DNA of 64,000 bases, taken from NCBI GenBank assembly GCA_963727445.1, contig CAVSGI010000012.1, forward strand, positions 64,001 to 128,000. The letters are read 5' to 3'. The notes under the pieces are model-generated. The model saw only the letters and a program-made list of their open reading frames with translations, did no database searches and was not told where the DNA came from. A program made the translations under genes and the position numbers. Positions 1 through 9,233 of this stretch are shown here, piece after piece. The DNA is from an uncultured delta proteobacterium. GTDB lineage: Bacteria; Myxococcota_A; Polyangia; Polyangiales; B10-G4. The number at the start of each line of letters is the position of its first letter. The stretch's first letter is position 1.

Positions 1-2
1 TC

Positions 3-347
3 ATCAAGAGCGGCGCGCTCGACCTCTCGAAGCCGGGCAACCTGGTCAAGCACGTTCCCAATCTCCCGCCCGTGGTCACCTCCGCCGTCGACGATCGGAT
101 CGTCCTCGACCTCATGAAGCATCCGAAGATCGGCGGCGAGGAGCGCGCGCGAAACCTCGTCTCCCTCGTTACCTCGGTCCTCACGATCCATGGCATCGAG
201 ACCGACGAGCGCCACTTCGACGTTTCCCTTCGCGCGTTTCAGGGCGGCGTCCTGTCGGCGGCGCGGCAGGTTCGCCGGCACGTGGTGCTGCCGTCGATTC
301 GCAGAGCGCGGCTCTTTCTCCCGCGCGTAGCGGGCGGACGGCGCTGA
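3..347 (+). CDS. hypothetical protein, 5' end outside the window
   Basis: Frame is open from base 3 (IKSGALDLSKPGNLVKHV...) to TGA at 345-347, with GC3-biased codons. No family recognised. Confidence 0.6.
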   Translation: MKSGALDLSKPGNLVKHVPNLPPVVTSAVDDRIVLDLMKHPKIGGEERARNLVSLVTSVLTIHGIETDERHFDVSLRAFQGGVLSAARQVRRHVVLPSIRRARLFLPRVAGGRR

Positions 348-390
348 TCCCGTGTGGGAGTGAGCGGCCGCCTCATGTACCCTCGTGGGC

Positions 391-774
391 ATGAGCGATT
401 CGCGCATACGTGTGTTGATCGTCGATGACGACCCGGCCAGTGCCGAGCTCTCTCAGCGGAGGCTGAAGTCCGCGGCCGATGTGGACTTCAACAACGGCCC
501 GGAAGGCGCCCTCGCCCGCATCGAGAGCGGTGAGTACGACGTGATCCTGCTGGACCTGAACATGCCGGGCACCAGCGGCCTGCACATCCTCGACGTGCTC
601 AAGAAACTCGGCGATTCGTCCAAGGTCGTTCTCTACAGCTCGATGGATGAGAGCGCGCTGGCGGAGATCGCTCGGACCGCGGGTGTCGACTACCTCACCA
701 AGTCGGCGACCAAGGACGAGATGATCGCGAAGATCACCGAGGTACGGGACTCGCGGGTCCCCCCCGAGCCCTGA
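391..774 (+). CDS. single-domain response regulator (CheY-like receiver)
   Basis: VLIVDDD, ILLDLNMPG (phospho-acceptor Asp), VLYSS and YLTK receiver motifs. Confidence 0.9.
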   Translation: MSDSRIRVLIVDDDPASAELSQRRLKSAADVDFNNGPEGALARIESGEYDVILLDLNMPGTSGLHILDVLKKLGDSSKVVLYSSMDESALAEIARTAGVDYLTKSATKDEMIAKITEVRDSRVPPEP

Positions 775-777
775 TCG

Positions 778-1225
778 ATGCAGGGACGCGTCCTCGCCGA
801 CGGCTTCGTTCTCGGAGAGCCGATCGGTCGGGGGGCGCGGCGACGCCCCTGCCACTCGTCGACGCGCTCACGATGGCCGAGAAGCTCGCACGCGCGCTGG
901 GTGTTCTGCACCGAACGGGCGCGGTCCATCGGTGGCAAACCGAAGTCCGACCCATCGCGCGATGACTTCGAGAGCGGTTCGCCGCCGGGGACCGAAGTCC
1001 GACCCATCGCGCGATGACCTCGAGAGCGGTTCGCCTCCGGGGACCGAAGTCCGACCCATCGCGCGATGACTTCGAGAGCGGTTCGCACACGCATTGGCGC
1101 GAGCCGGCCGCCGCTACCGCTCTGCGAACGCGTGACCGACGCGCTGCCGGAGACCGTGGTCGTGAGCGTGCAGGCGCGTCTCGAGGGCCTGCCGCTGGAA
1201 GCGCGCCGGTTCGCGGGCGCGATTG
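778..1225 (+). pseudogene. degraded relic of a Ser/Thr kinase plus AAA-ATPase gene
   Basis: Starts MQGRVLADGFVLGEPIGRG (resembles kinase subdomain I). After the repeat array and intervening stops, reads LPETVVVSVQARLEGLPLEARR, like the LP.TV...VQARL..LP.EARR segment of kinase-AAA ATPases. No intact ORF; end approximate. Confidence 0.5.
939..1086. repeat. 52-bp palindromic tandem repeat, about 2.85 copies
   Basis: ACCGAAGTCCGACCCATCGCGCGATGAC(T/C)TCGAGAGCGGTTCGC starts at 939, 991 and 1043, with 8-bp linkers CGCCGGGG and CTCCGGGG. Confidence 0.95.
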
Positions 1226-1343
1226 GAAACGCTGGCCCGAAAACGCTCGCGGCGCGCAGGCGTCATTGGGGGCGAGGGCGCGAGCCCCGAGCCGACGGTT
1301 CGAGCAGCGCAGCCGCTTGAGGTATCCTCTTGGTGGTGCTGCC

Positions 1344-1904
1344 TTGACCTCGCCTGGAGAGCGTCCCTCTGGGAGCCCCCGCCCAGCGCGGGTCCTCCTC
1401 GTCCTGCTGCTCCTCTCCGGCTGCTCTGTCGACACCAGAGCGCTCGCGCCCGCCAGCGCAAGCCGTCCAGACGCCGCTGGGGATTCGGGTCGGCCCGACA
1501 GCATCGCGTCGATGGACTCCTCCCCCCCGATGGACGCCCCGGCCGACACCAGCACGCCTCGCGACACCAGCGTCCTCGACGCCGCGGATAGCGCTCCCGC
1601 TGACACCAGCGTCCCCGACGCCGACGCCACCATCGACACCAGCATGCCACCGACCTGCGCCGACCGCTTCTCGAGCTCGAGCGGTTTCACGTCGGTCTGC
1701 TCGGATTCCGCCACGCGCTGCGTCCTCGAGATCGACGTCGACCCCGATCGCCGAACCTGCACCGACGTGTGCGCCGACATCGGCTGGAGCTGCGAGGGCG
1801 CTGCCGGCGCGGCGAGCACGGTCCCACGATGTGATGAGGCCCCCATCGCCGGCGACTGCGACACGAACCTGCGAATTCAGGTCTGCGCGTGCGTGCCGCC
1901 GTGA
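1344..1904 (+). CDS. lipoprotein with Asp/Ala/Thr-rich linker and small Cys-rich C-terminal domain
   Basis: Lipobox VLLVLLLLSG-C, DT/DA low-complexity linker, Cys-rich tail. Start (TTG 1344) uncertain. Confidence 0.6.
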   Translation: MTSPGERPSGSPRPARVLLVLLLLSGCSVDTRALAPASASRPDAAGDSGRPDSIASMDSSPPMDAPADTSTPRDTSVLDAADSAPADTSVPDADATIDTSMPPTCADRFSSSSGFTSVCSDSATRCVLEIDVDPDRRTCTDVCADIGWSCEGAAGAASTVPRCDEAPIAGDCDTNLRIQVCACVPP

Positions 1905-1945
1905 GCTCGCGCGAGCCCGACGCGTCCCACGACGCTGCGTGAAGT

Positions 1946-4222
1946 TCACTCCTCCGCCGGGCGCTCTTCGTCGTTCAGCGTCGCTGGTCCGGCGGGAAGC
2001 GGAAGGCTCGTCGCGTCGAGGTTGCTGCCATTGTCGACGTATTGGACGTCGTGGTTCAGTCGGCTCAGGTCGTAGCCGTCCACCTGGACGCACGCGCCGA
2101 TCGCCGCGTCGCGCACGATCCCTTCGGAGGCGTCCACCGACGTGCCCGCGGTTTCGGAGGCCGCGACCATGAGACCACACCCGGAGGCGCCGGCGATCTC
2201 GAATCGACTCATCTCCAACCCGCCGCCTTCCACGACCAACCCATGGCCCCACTCGGCACTTCCACCACCGACGCGCTCGATGCGAAGGTCCGTGGCGTCC
2301 GCGGTCGCTTCTGCGATCTGCATCCCGAAAGCACGTGCGTCGAAAAGCTCGACGCGTTCGGCGACCAGGTGCGCTCCAGCGAGAATGGAAATCGAGGGAT
2401 CCGCTCCCCCGTCGGGTGCCGCCTGGACGACGCAATCGGTCAGCTGCAGCTCGGTCCCGGCATGGTTCAAGCTGATCGACGCGTCGTCGTGATGCGTGAC
2501 GACGACGCGCTCGAGCAACGCACGAGACCCGCGGACGAGCTCGACACCACGCTCGAGTGATGCCGCGGCGTCGGGGCGCCTCCCGTCGATGATCGCATCC
2601 GTGAGGGTCACCATGCTGCTCTCCCCGTACGCCCAGACCCCCAGCGTCTGGTTGCCCGAGATTCGCGCGCGCGTCGCATCGAGCCGAGCGCCGTTCTGTA
2701 CCCCCAACCCGGTGGGGATGTTGACGGAGTCCCCGTCGTCGTAGGTGTTCGCGATGACGAGGTCAGTCACTTCGGCGCTCGCCCCGTCGGAGAGCGTGAG
2801 GCCCGATTGCTGGTTGTCGAAGATCGAAACGCGGGAGCCACGGAGCTCGGCGCCGTTGAGCGCCTGTATGCCGGAGGACACATAGCCTCGCGGGTCCTCG
2901 GACGCGCGTGTCTGATACACGACGACGTCTTCGAGCGTGGTCGTCACCCCGGCGCCCAGGGCCAGCCCAGCTTCCGCGTTGTCCAACACGACGAGGCGGA
3001 TCGCCTCGAGTCGGGCCTCGTTGCGGATGTTGAGGCCGCGCCCTCGCGCGGAGTCGCGCAGCTGCGGCCGCGTGCCACGGATGACCGCGTCGGTGAGGGT
3101 CGCGACCGAGCTCGTGTCGACCACGTAGATCCCCGACTCGAGGTTGTCCGCGACCAGCAGGCGCGTTGCGGAGACCACGGAACCCAGACCGATGGCGATG
3201 CCCGTGCCGTTGCGGCGGTCGGACGCTTGCGGCAGGGTATCGACCACCACGACGTCCTCGAGGTTGGCCTGACCCATCGGTCCTCCGACGAAAATCCCGG
3301 TGTCGTGATTCGCTTCGACGAGCACTCGCTGAGCTTCGAGTGTCGACGCGTCCTGGGTGTTGATGCCACGTCCGTAGAGTCCCGCGCTGTCGGGCACCGT
3401 GCCCCGAACGACCACATCGCGCAGCTCGAGTCGGCTGTCGTCGTCGGCGAGCTGAAGGCCCGCCTCCTGCATTCCCTCCACCAGCACGCCTTCGAGCACC
3501 AGCGCCCGCCCGGAGATGACGGTAGCGCCGTTTTGCGGGGCATCGAGGATGTGCACGTTCTTCACGAACGCCGGCTCGCCCGCGTTGGTCACGTTGATCA
3601 CGGCCGCGACGGGCGCGTCCACCCCGGTCAGCAGGGTCTCTGCCACGCACGCGCCGACCACCCGGATCGTCGCCTTGAGTGGCAGCGTACCCTCGAAGCT
3701 ACCCTTCGACAGCGCCACTGTGGCGCCGGACGACAGGGAGCTCCATCGGACTTCGGAGAGCGCGGCGTAGGGCGCCGCGAGGCTTCCGTCTCCGCCGGGC
3801 GCCGCGGACGGGTTGACGTAGATGACCGTGCCGTCGGTGGGAAGTCCCTCCGCGTAGTCTCCCGCCGGGCAGGGATCCCCAATCGGGCGACAGCCTTCTT
3901 CACCGGGGAAGTGTGCCTCGCCTGCATCGCAGCGCTCATCACGACCGGCCGACGCATAGGGCTCGCAGTAGCCGACCTCGCCAGCGGTGGCTTCATGCCA
4001 CCCGTCGGGACACGGGGTGAAGCCCGGGAGCTCGATGGGCGGCGCGCCGTCCGCGAGCCAGTCGATGGCCGGTGGGGTCACCACCGACGCGCCGCCATCG
4101 CTCGCGTCGACACCTCCAGCATCCGACGCAGGTGCGTCGTCCCCGCACCCCGCGAGCGCGCAGACAGCCACGACCATCAACGGCGCCTTTCTCACAGGGC
4201 CACTACCCAGGCCGAGCGACAA
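1946..4222 (-). CDS. right-handed parallel beta-helix repeat lipoprotein
   Basis: Lipobox ALAG-C, Cys-rich N-terminal module, IYV...GGDGS.AAPY motif, many GRGI/L.DVVV beta-helix repeats. Start may be 4177. Confidence 0.8.
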   Translation of the reverse strand: MSLGLGSGPVRKAPLMVVAVCALAGCGDDAPASDAGGVDASDGGASVVTPPAIDWLADGAPPIELPGFTPCPDGWHEATAGEVGYCEPYASAGRDERCDAGEAHFPGEEGCRPIGDPCPAGDYAEGLPTDGTVIYVNPSAAPGGDGSLAAPYAALSEVRWSSLSSGATVALSKGSFEGTLPLKATIRVVGACVAETLLTGVDAPVAAVINVTNAGEPAFVKNVHILDAPQNGATVISGRALVLEGVLVEGMQEAGLQLADDDSRLELRDVVVRGTVPDSAGLYGRGINTQDASTLEAQRVLVEANHDTGIFVGGPMGQANLEDVVVVDTLPQASDRRNGTGIAIGLGSVVSATRLLVADNLESGIYVVDTSSVATLTDAVIRGTRPQLRDSARGRGLNIRNEARLEAIRLVVLDNAEAGLALGAGVTTTLEDVVVYQTRASEDPRGYVSSGIQALNGAELRGSRVSIFDNQQSGLTLSDGASAEVTDLVIANTYDDGDSVNIPTGLGVQNGARLDATRARISGNQTLGVWAYGESSMVTLTDAIIDGRRPDAAASLERGVELVRGSRALLERVVVTHHDDASISLNHAGTELQLTDCVVQAAPDGGADPSISILAGAHLVAERVELFDARAFGMQIAEATADATDLRIERVGGGSAEWGHGLVVEGGGLEMSRFEIAGASGCGLMVAASETAGTSVDASEGIVRDAAIGACVQVDGYDLSRLNHDVQYVDNGSNLDATSLPLPAGPATLNDEERPAEE

Positions 4223-4403
4223 GTTGGCATCCGACGAATATATCTCGCCCGGGCGAAGAGGAGGCGAATAGTGTCCAGATGCCGCGTCGGTGGCTGAGGA
4301 GAGGCCAGCCGCGATCAGGACGTGAGCGCGAGCGTGCTACCCTGAAAGAACAGCGCGATCTTCCGCATCGCGCTGATTGACTTGGCAGACTCGGGGGGGA
4401 GCG

Positions 4404-6005
4404 ATGCCGCGTGGACGGCGGTGCAGGGCGGGTAGTGGTGGCTTTGGCGAGTATTCCCTTTGGGCGCTCGTTCCGCTGATCCTCTGCCTGCTCGTCGCGT
4501 GCGCCCACCGCGAGTGGCAGACGCGAGAGATCGGGCCGCATACGGCGCGCCGTGCGCATCCGAGCGAGTTCCTCAAGGCCCATCTTCACGACGGACAACT
4601 CTTCGTCTTCGATTCGTGGTGGATCGACGAGGACGCGAGCCAGGTCGGTGGGCGAGGCCTTCACTACGATTCGGAGCGTCAGCTCACGGACCGAGGCACC
4701 TTCACCGTCCCGCTCGGGGACGTCGCGCTCCTCGAAACCACCGAGCCGCACCGGATCAGTCACGCGGGGCCGATCGTGCTCGGTATCGTGACGGGCGCAT
4801 CGCTGGTCGTGACTGCGGTATGCGTCGCTTCGCCCAAGACCTGCTTCGGTTCGTGTCCTACGTTCTACGTGCGCGGCGCGGACGGGATGGTGCTGGACGC
4901 GGAGGGCTTTTCAGAGAGCGTCGCCGAGATCTACGAGGCGCGTGACGTCGACGCGCTCCCTTCCGCCGCTCCGGACGGGGGACAGCTCACCCTGGTGATG
5001 CGCAACGAAGCCCTCGAGTCTCACTACGTGCGCTCGCTGTCTCTTCTCGCGGTTCCGCGCGGAGACGGGGAGCGCGTTCTTCGGTCCGGGGACAGTTTCT
5101 TTCGCACTCTCACTCGAGAGGCGCCGTCGCGCTGCGCCTCCGGCGGCGAGCTCTGCACCGAGGCCGTCGCCGCGCGGGACGGTGACGAGTATTCGCCGGC
5201 TCCCGACCCCGAGGACCTGGGCGCCACGCAGACTATCGAGCTGGAGTTCGAGCCGGAGCGAGTCTTCGACCAGCCCGGTCTGGTGATCTCGGCGCGCAAC
5301 TCCCTCGTGGGCACTTTCCTCTTCTATCAACTGCTCGCATGGCTCGGCACCTCGGCCGGCGAGATGATGCGCCGCGTGGAAGCGGGCGACCCACTCGCCG
5401 ACCGCGCGTTTCGCGCGGGCCGGGTGCTCGGCCGAATCGACGTGGAGGTGAAGCAACCCGACGGGAGCTGGGAGCCAGCGGGCTCGTACGACGAGGTCGG
5501 GCCCATCGCCGCCGACCGCCAGGTCATCCCCTTGCCCCATCCGGTACGGCCGGGGCCAGTCATCGTTCGACTCCGTGCCACGCGCGGATACTGGCGCTTC
5601 GACGAGGTGGCCCTCGCCGCACTCGGAGCGGCGGCGGAGCCCATTCGCGTCTCCCCCTCGCGGGCTTCGCGCCTGATCGACGGCGAGTGGCAGGACGCGA
5701 GCGACGCCCTGGTCACTGTCCTCGACGAAGATGCCCGTCTCGAGACCTTTCCGGGTGACAGCTACCGCTTTTCATTCGAGGGAATCGACGGCGATCCCGC
5801 GCTCTTTCTGGAGTCTCGGGGCTACTACTACGAATGGATTCGTGAGCAGTGGCTCGCCGAAGAAGATCCGACGGCGGCAGCACGCTTCATGCTCGATTTT
5901 CGAGGGACCCTCCGCCGCCTCGCCCCCGCCTACGAACGGATACGACCCGCGATGGACGAGCTCTTCTTCGAGTCGCGGATCGGGGAGCCCATCGATGCGC
6001 GCTGA
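4404..6005 (+). CDS. hypothetical lipoprotein/membrane protein (KTCFGSCPTFY motif)
   Basis: Long ORF with strong codon bias, lipobox LLVA-C and one TM segment; overlaps the next gene. Confidence 0.7.
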   Translation: MPRGRRCRAGSGGFGEYSLWALVPLILCLLVACAHREWQTREIGPHTARRAHPSEFLKAHLHDGQLFVFDSWWIDEDASQVGGRGLHYDSERQLTDRGTFTVPLGDVALLETTEPHRISHAGPIVLGIVTGASLVVTAVCVASPKTCFGSCPTFYVRGADGMVLDAEGFSESVAEIYEARDVDALPSAAPDGGQLTLVMRNEALESHYVRSLSLLAVPRGDGERVLRSGDSFFRTLTREAPSRCASGGELCTEAVAARDGDEYSPAPDPEDLGATQTIELEFEPERVFDQPGLVISARNSLVGTFLFYQLLAWLGTSAGEMMRRVEAGDPLADRAFRAGRVLGRIDVEVKQPDGSWEPAGSYDEVGPIAADRQVIPLPHPVRPGPVIVRLRATRGYWRFDEVALAALGAAAEPIRVSPSRASRLIDGEWQDASDALVTVLDEDARLETFPGDSYRFSFEGIDGDPALFLESRGYYYEWIREQWLAEEDPTAAARFMLDFRGTLRRLAPAYERIRPAMDELFFESRIGEPIDAR

Positions 6006-6591
6006 GCTGGTCGCTTTCTGCGTCGCGTTCGCCTGCGTCGGGTGCGCACACACACTCGACCGGACCAACGTGGGCGGCACGGTGGAGACGAACGTGCCCG
6101 TCGAGGACGTCCCCGTGCACGGTGCAACAGTCGTCGTGGACCTCCCCGACGCTCCCTCCATCGAAGGCGAGCTCCTGGCGGTGGAGGACATCTATGTCCA
6201 CGTCCTCGACGAAGAAGGCCAGCGCGTGAGCATCCGGCGCACCGGCATCGACAAGGTCAGCGTCGACGTCCGCAAGGGCTCGGCGGGGTGGTACGCGCTG
6301 TGGGCGGGCATCGGCACGATCAGCACCCTGAGCCACGGCTTTCTGCTCATCGGCTCCGCGCCGATCTGGCTCGTGGTCGGCACCGCGACCACCACGGGCG
6401 AGGGCGTCGCGTCGGCTGACGTGGCGGTGAGGGAAGCCGAGGACTACGCGCTGCTGCGCCACTTCGCTCGCTACCCCCAGGGCATGCCGAGGATGCGCGC
6501 CGAGCCCGCGGGCGAGCTCTCGGTGCCAGAGCCGTATCGGTGGTCCGAGACGGACACGGACACGGACACGGACGCGGCGACGCCTCCTTAG
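5995..6591 (+). CDS. hypothetical lipoprotein with hydrophobic hairpin
   Basis: ATG 5995, lipobox CVG-C, hydrophobic segment near WYALWAGIG, DT hexamer repeat at the C-terminus. Confidence 0.65.
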   Translation: MRAELVAFCVAFACVGCAHTLDRTNVGGTVETNVPVEDVPVHGATVVVDLPDAPSIEGELLAVEDIYVHVLDEEGQRVSIRRTGIDKVSVDVRKGSAGWYALWAGIGTISTLSHGFLLIGSAPIWLVVGTATTTGEGVASADVAVREAEDYALLRHFARYPQGMPRMRAEPAGELSVPEPYRWSETDTDTDTDAATPP

Positions 6592-6606
6592 CACGCTCCT
6601 GTCGGG

Positions 6607-7419
6607 TCACGCCCCGCGCCAGTGCTCGCGGAGCCAGGCGTTGGTCTGCTCGGCCTGCATGAGCGGCAGGCCGTGGGCCGCGTCCGCTGCCTCGATGTAG
6701 CGCGCGCCCCCGATCGCGTTCGCCAAGGCGCGTCCCTGCGACGGCGGGGCGATGACGTCGTGCGCCGCGCTGATCACCAGCGTGGGGATGCCCGAGAGCT
6801 CGCCGAGCCGCGCGGAGACGTCGTGGGCGCCGAGGGCCCGCACCTGCTTCATGACGATGGGGGGTGTCGTCGCGAGGTCGCGTCCGAAAAGCGGAGAGAG
6901 CTCTGCATGGAGCTCGTCGATGTCGCGGCTACGCAGGGCTTCCTTTGGAAGTACGTTGGAGAGAAACGCCGCCCGGCGCATACGCCTCGTGCCCAGCATC
7001 ATGCGCAGGCCGGTCGAGAGCACGCGTGGAGTGAGCCTTGCGCCGTCTTTCGCGCGAAAGAGCGTGCACAGAAGGGAAAGGCTCCGAACGCGCGAGGGTG
7101 CGTCGAGCGCCAACTGCTGCGCGACGACGCCCCCGAGCGAGTGGCCCATGATGTGCGCCCGTTCGATTCCGAGGGCGTCGAGAAGGGCGACGGCGTCTTC
7201 GGCGTACTGCTCGATGCTGACGGGGCCCTCCGCCGGAGTGCTTTCGCCGATGCCTCGATTGTCGTAGGCGATGAGACGAAACTCGTCCCGGAGGCCGTCG
7301 AGCTGGGGGCGCCATCCGTTGCCCACGACCCCCACGCCTTGGATGCAGAGCACGGGATCACCCGTGCCCGTGGACTCGTAGTGAAGGGTCGCTCCGCTCG
7401 TCAGCTCGATGGAAGGCAT
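6607..7419 (-). CDS. alpha/beta hydrolase
   Basis: YDNRGIGES, GHSLGG nucleophile elbow, catalytic Asp (HDVI) and His (AAHG). Confidence 0.9.
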   Translation of the reverse strand: MPSIELTSGATLHYESTGTGDPVLCIQGVGVVGNGWRPQLDGLRDEFRLIAYDNRGIGESTPAEGPVSIEQYAEDAVALLDALGIERAHIMGHSLGGVVAQQLALDAPSRVRSLSLLCTLFRAKDGARLTPRVLSTGLRMMLGTRRMRRAAFLSNVLPKEALRSRDIDELHAELSPLFGRDLATTPPIVMKQVRALGAHDVSARLGELSGIPTLVISAAHDVIAPPSQGRALANAIGGARYIEAADAAHGLPLMQAEQTNAWLREHWRGA

Positions 7420-7520
7420 AGTCTCGTGAGCCGTCGCCCACCATGGGCGACCGCGGCGCAAGGGAGCTTTCGAACGGACGTTACCAGATCGAGGGGGTTG
7501 CGGCCGTGGCGCCGGTGACC

Positions 7521-8297
7521 ATGAGCCTGGCGTTGGCGGTGAAGCGGACGCTGAAGAAGGTGGCGAAGTGGCTCGGGGCCTTTGCGGCCGTGCTCATCCT
7601 CGCCGCGATCGTGGTGGGGTGGGTGATGTCCGAGCCGAGGCCCCGGGGTACGGAAGGGCCCGAGGCGGAGGCGCTCGCGCACGCGATGCAGCGCGCGGTG
7701 AACCAAGACGCGTGGGAGGCGACGGGGGCCGTGAAGTGGCGCTTCGCGGGAGGGCACGAGCACCTGTGGGACAGGGAGCGCGGGCTGTCGCGCGTCGCAT
7801 GGAAGGACTACGTCGTCCTGCAGCGCCTCGATCGCCGCGAGGGGGTGGCGTTCGAGCGTGGTGAGCGCGTTTCGGTCAGCCGCACGAAGGAGCTCGTCGA
7901 GGACGCGTGGGGGATGTGGTGCAACGACTCGTTCTGGCTCAATCCGGTCGCGAAGCTCTACGACGACGGTGTGACCCGGTCGATCGTGCGCCAGCACGAC
8001 GGGAGCAGCGCGCTCCTGGTCTCTTACTCGAAGGGCGGAGTCACGCCGGGCGATGCGTACCTGTGGATCCTGGGCCCGCACGACTTGCCGACCGCCTGGA
8101 AGATGTGGGTGCACATCATTCCGATAGGTGGCGTGCGGGCGAGCTGGGAAGGGTGGATCTCGCTCGCCACGGGCGCGAAGATCGCCACGCGGCACCGGAT
8201 CGGCCCCATGACGCTCGAGATCACCGAGGTGGAGGGCGCGGCGACACTCGCGGAGCTCGAGCCGGGTCCGGACCCGTTCGCGTCATTGCACCCGTGA
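7521..8297 (+). CDS. hypothetical membrane-anchored protein (WCNDSFWL / GGVTPGDAYLW motifs)
   Basis: N-terminal TM anchor followed by a Trp-rich globular domain; coding-like codon bias. Confidence 0.7.
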   Translation: MSLALAVKRTLKKVAKWLGAFAAVLILAAIVVGWVMSEPRPRGTEGPEAEALAHAMQRAVNQDAWEATGAVKWRFAGGHEHLWDRERGLSRVAWKDYVVLQRLDRREGVAFERGERVSVSRTKELVEDAWGMWCNDSFWLNPVAKLYDDGVTRSIVRQHDGSSALLVSYSKGGVTPGDAYLWILGPHDLPTAWKMWVHIIPIGGVRASWEGWISLATGAKIATRHRIGPMTLEITEVEGAATLAELEPGPDPFASLHP

Positions 8298-8327
8298 CAT
8301 TCGTTTGGGCGGCGCTAGGTCTGCGAG

Positions 8328-9194
8328 ATGCGGCGCAAGGCGAAGGTCGCGCTCATCGGAGCGCTCGTCCTGTTGGGTGTGGGGACGTCGGGCGCCGCCG
8401 GGCTCTGGTGGTGGCTGCGGGTCGATGCTCTCGACTACGACACCGACGAGGCGGTCGCGCTCTTCACGCGCGTGCTTCACGGTGAGCACGACCTTCGGGA
8501 CCGCGCCATCTCCGCACTGGCCGGGGCCATCGACCACGATCCCGATGACGCGCGCGCGCAGCTGTGGTTCGGACTCGCCAACCTGGAAGCCTATCTCGCC
8601 CGGCGCGAGCTGCCCTACGCCATTCGGGCCTCTCGCGCTTTCGACCACGCCGTCGCGCTCGACCCGTCCGACACGAGCGCCGCGGGCTGGCGCGCCTTCT
8701 TCGCCTATCAAGCGGCGAAATCACGGGACGAGGATCTCGACGGCCCGCGCAGGGCGCTCTTCGCGGCCGCCGATGCCGACCCACGCTTCACGCCGTTTCT
8801 CGTCGCGGTGAGCGTTGCGGAGCTCCCGCTCGACACCGGCTACCCACGACGCGCGCTCGCCCGCCTCGAAGGGATCGAGGACTGCGGGGACGGGACCTCG
8901 TGGAGCTGCCGGCGCGGTCCACTCTTTCCCTTCGGGGCCGAGGGCTTCCACGCCACGCTCGGTGACCTTCGCGTGCGCGTCGGCGACCTCGAAGGCGGGC
9001 AGGCTGAATATGCGGAGGCGCTTTCGCAGTCCAACGCAGCGGACTGGCCATACCGCGATGCCTTCGCGCGTTGGGCCGAGGCCGCGCCCGAGCGCGCGCG
9101 CCTCCTCACCAATGACGACCTGAGCGACGATCCCGAGGTCTTCTTTGCCAGCGGCGAGCGAGCTTGTGCCGCGTGCCACCAGAGTGGGCACTGA
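8328..9194 (+). CDS. membrane-anchored TPR-like protein with C-terminal CxxCH
   Basis: N-terminal TM, TPR-like helices (AIDHDPDDARA, AVALDPSD), CAACH at the extreme C-terminus. Confidence 0.7.
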   Translation: MRRKAKVALIGALVLLGVGTSGAAGLWWWLRVDALDYDTDEAVALFTRVLHGEHDLRDRAISALAGAIDHDPDDARAQLWFGLANLEAYLARRELPYAIRASRAFDHAVALDPSDTSAAGWRAFFAYQAAKSRDEDLDGPRRALFAAADADPRFTPFLVAVSVAELPLDTGYPRRALARLEGIEDCGDGTSWSCRRGPLFPFGAEGFHATLGDLRVRVGDLEGGQAEYAEALSQSNAADWPYRDAFARWAEAAPERARLLTNDDLSDDPEVFFASGERACAACHQSGH

Positions 9195-9233
9195 CCGCAC
9201 CCGAGCACCACCACCACCGGCAGTGAAGCCTCC

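Noticed and set aside
939..1086. CRISPR array
   Set aside because: Linkers are 8 bp and nearly identical; no unique spacers and no cas genes.
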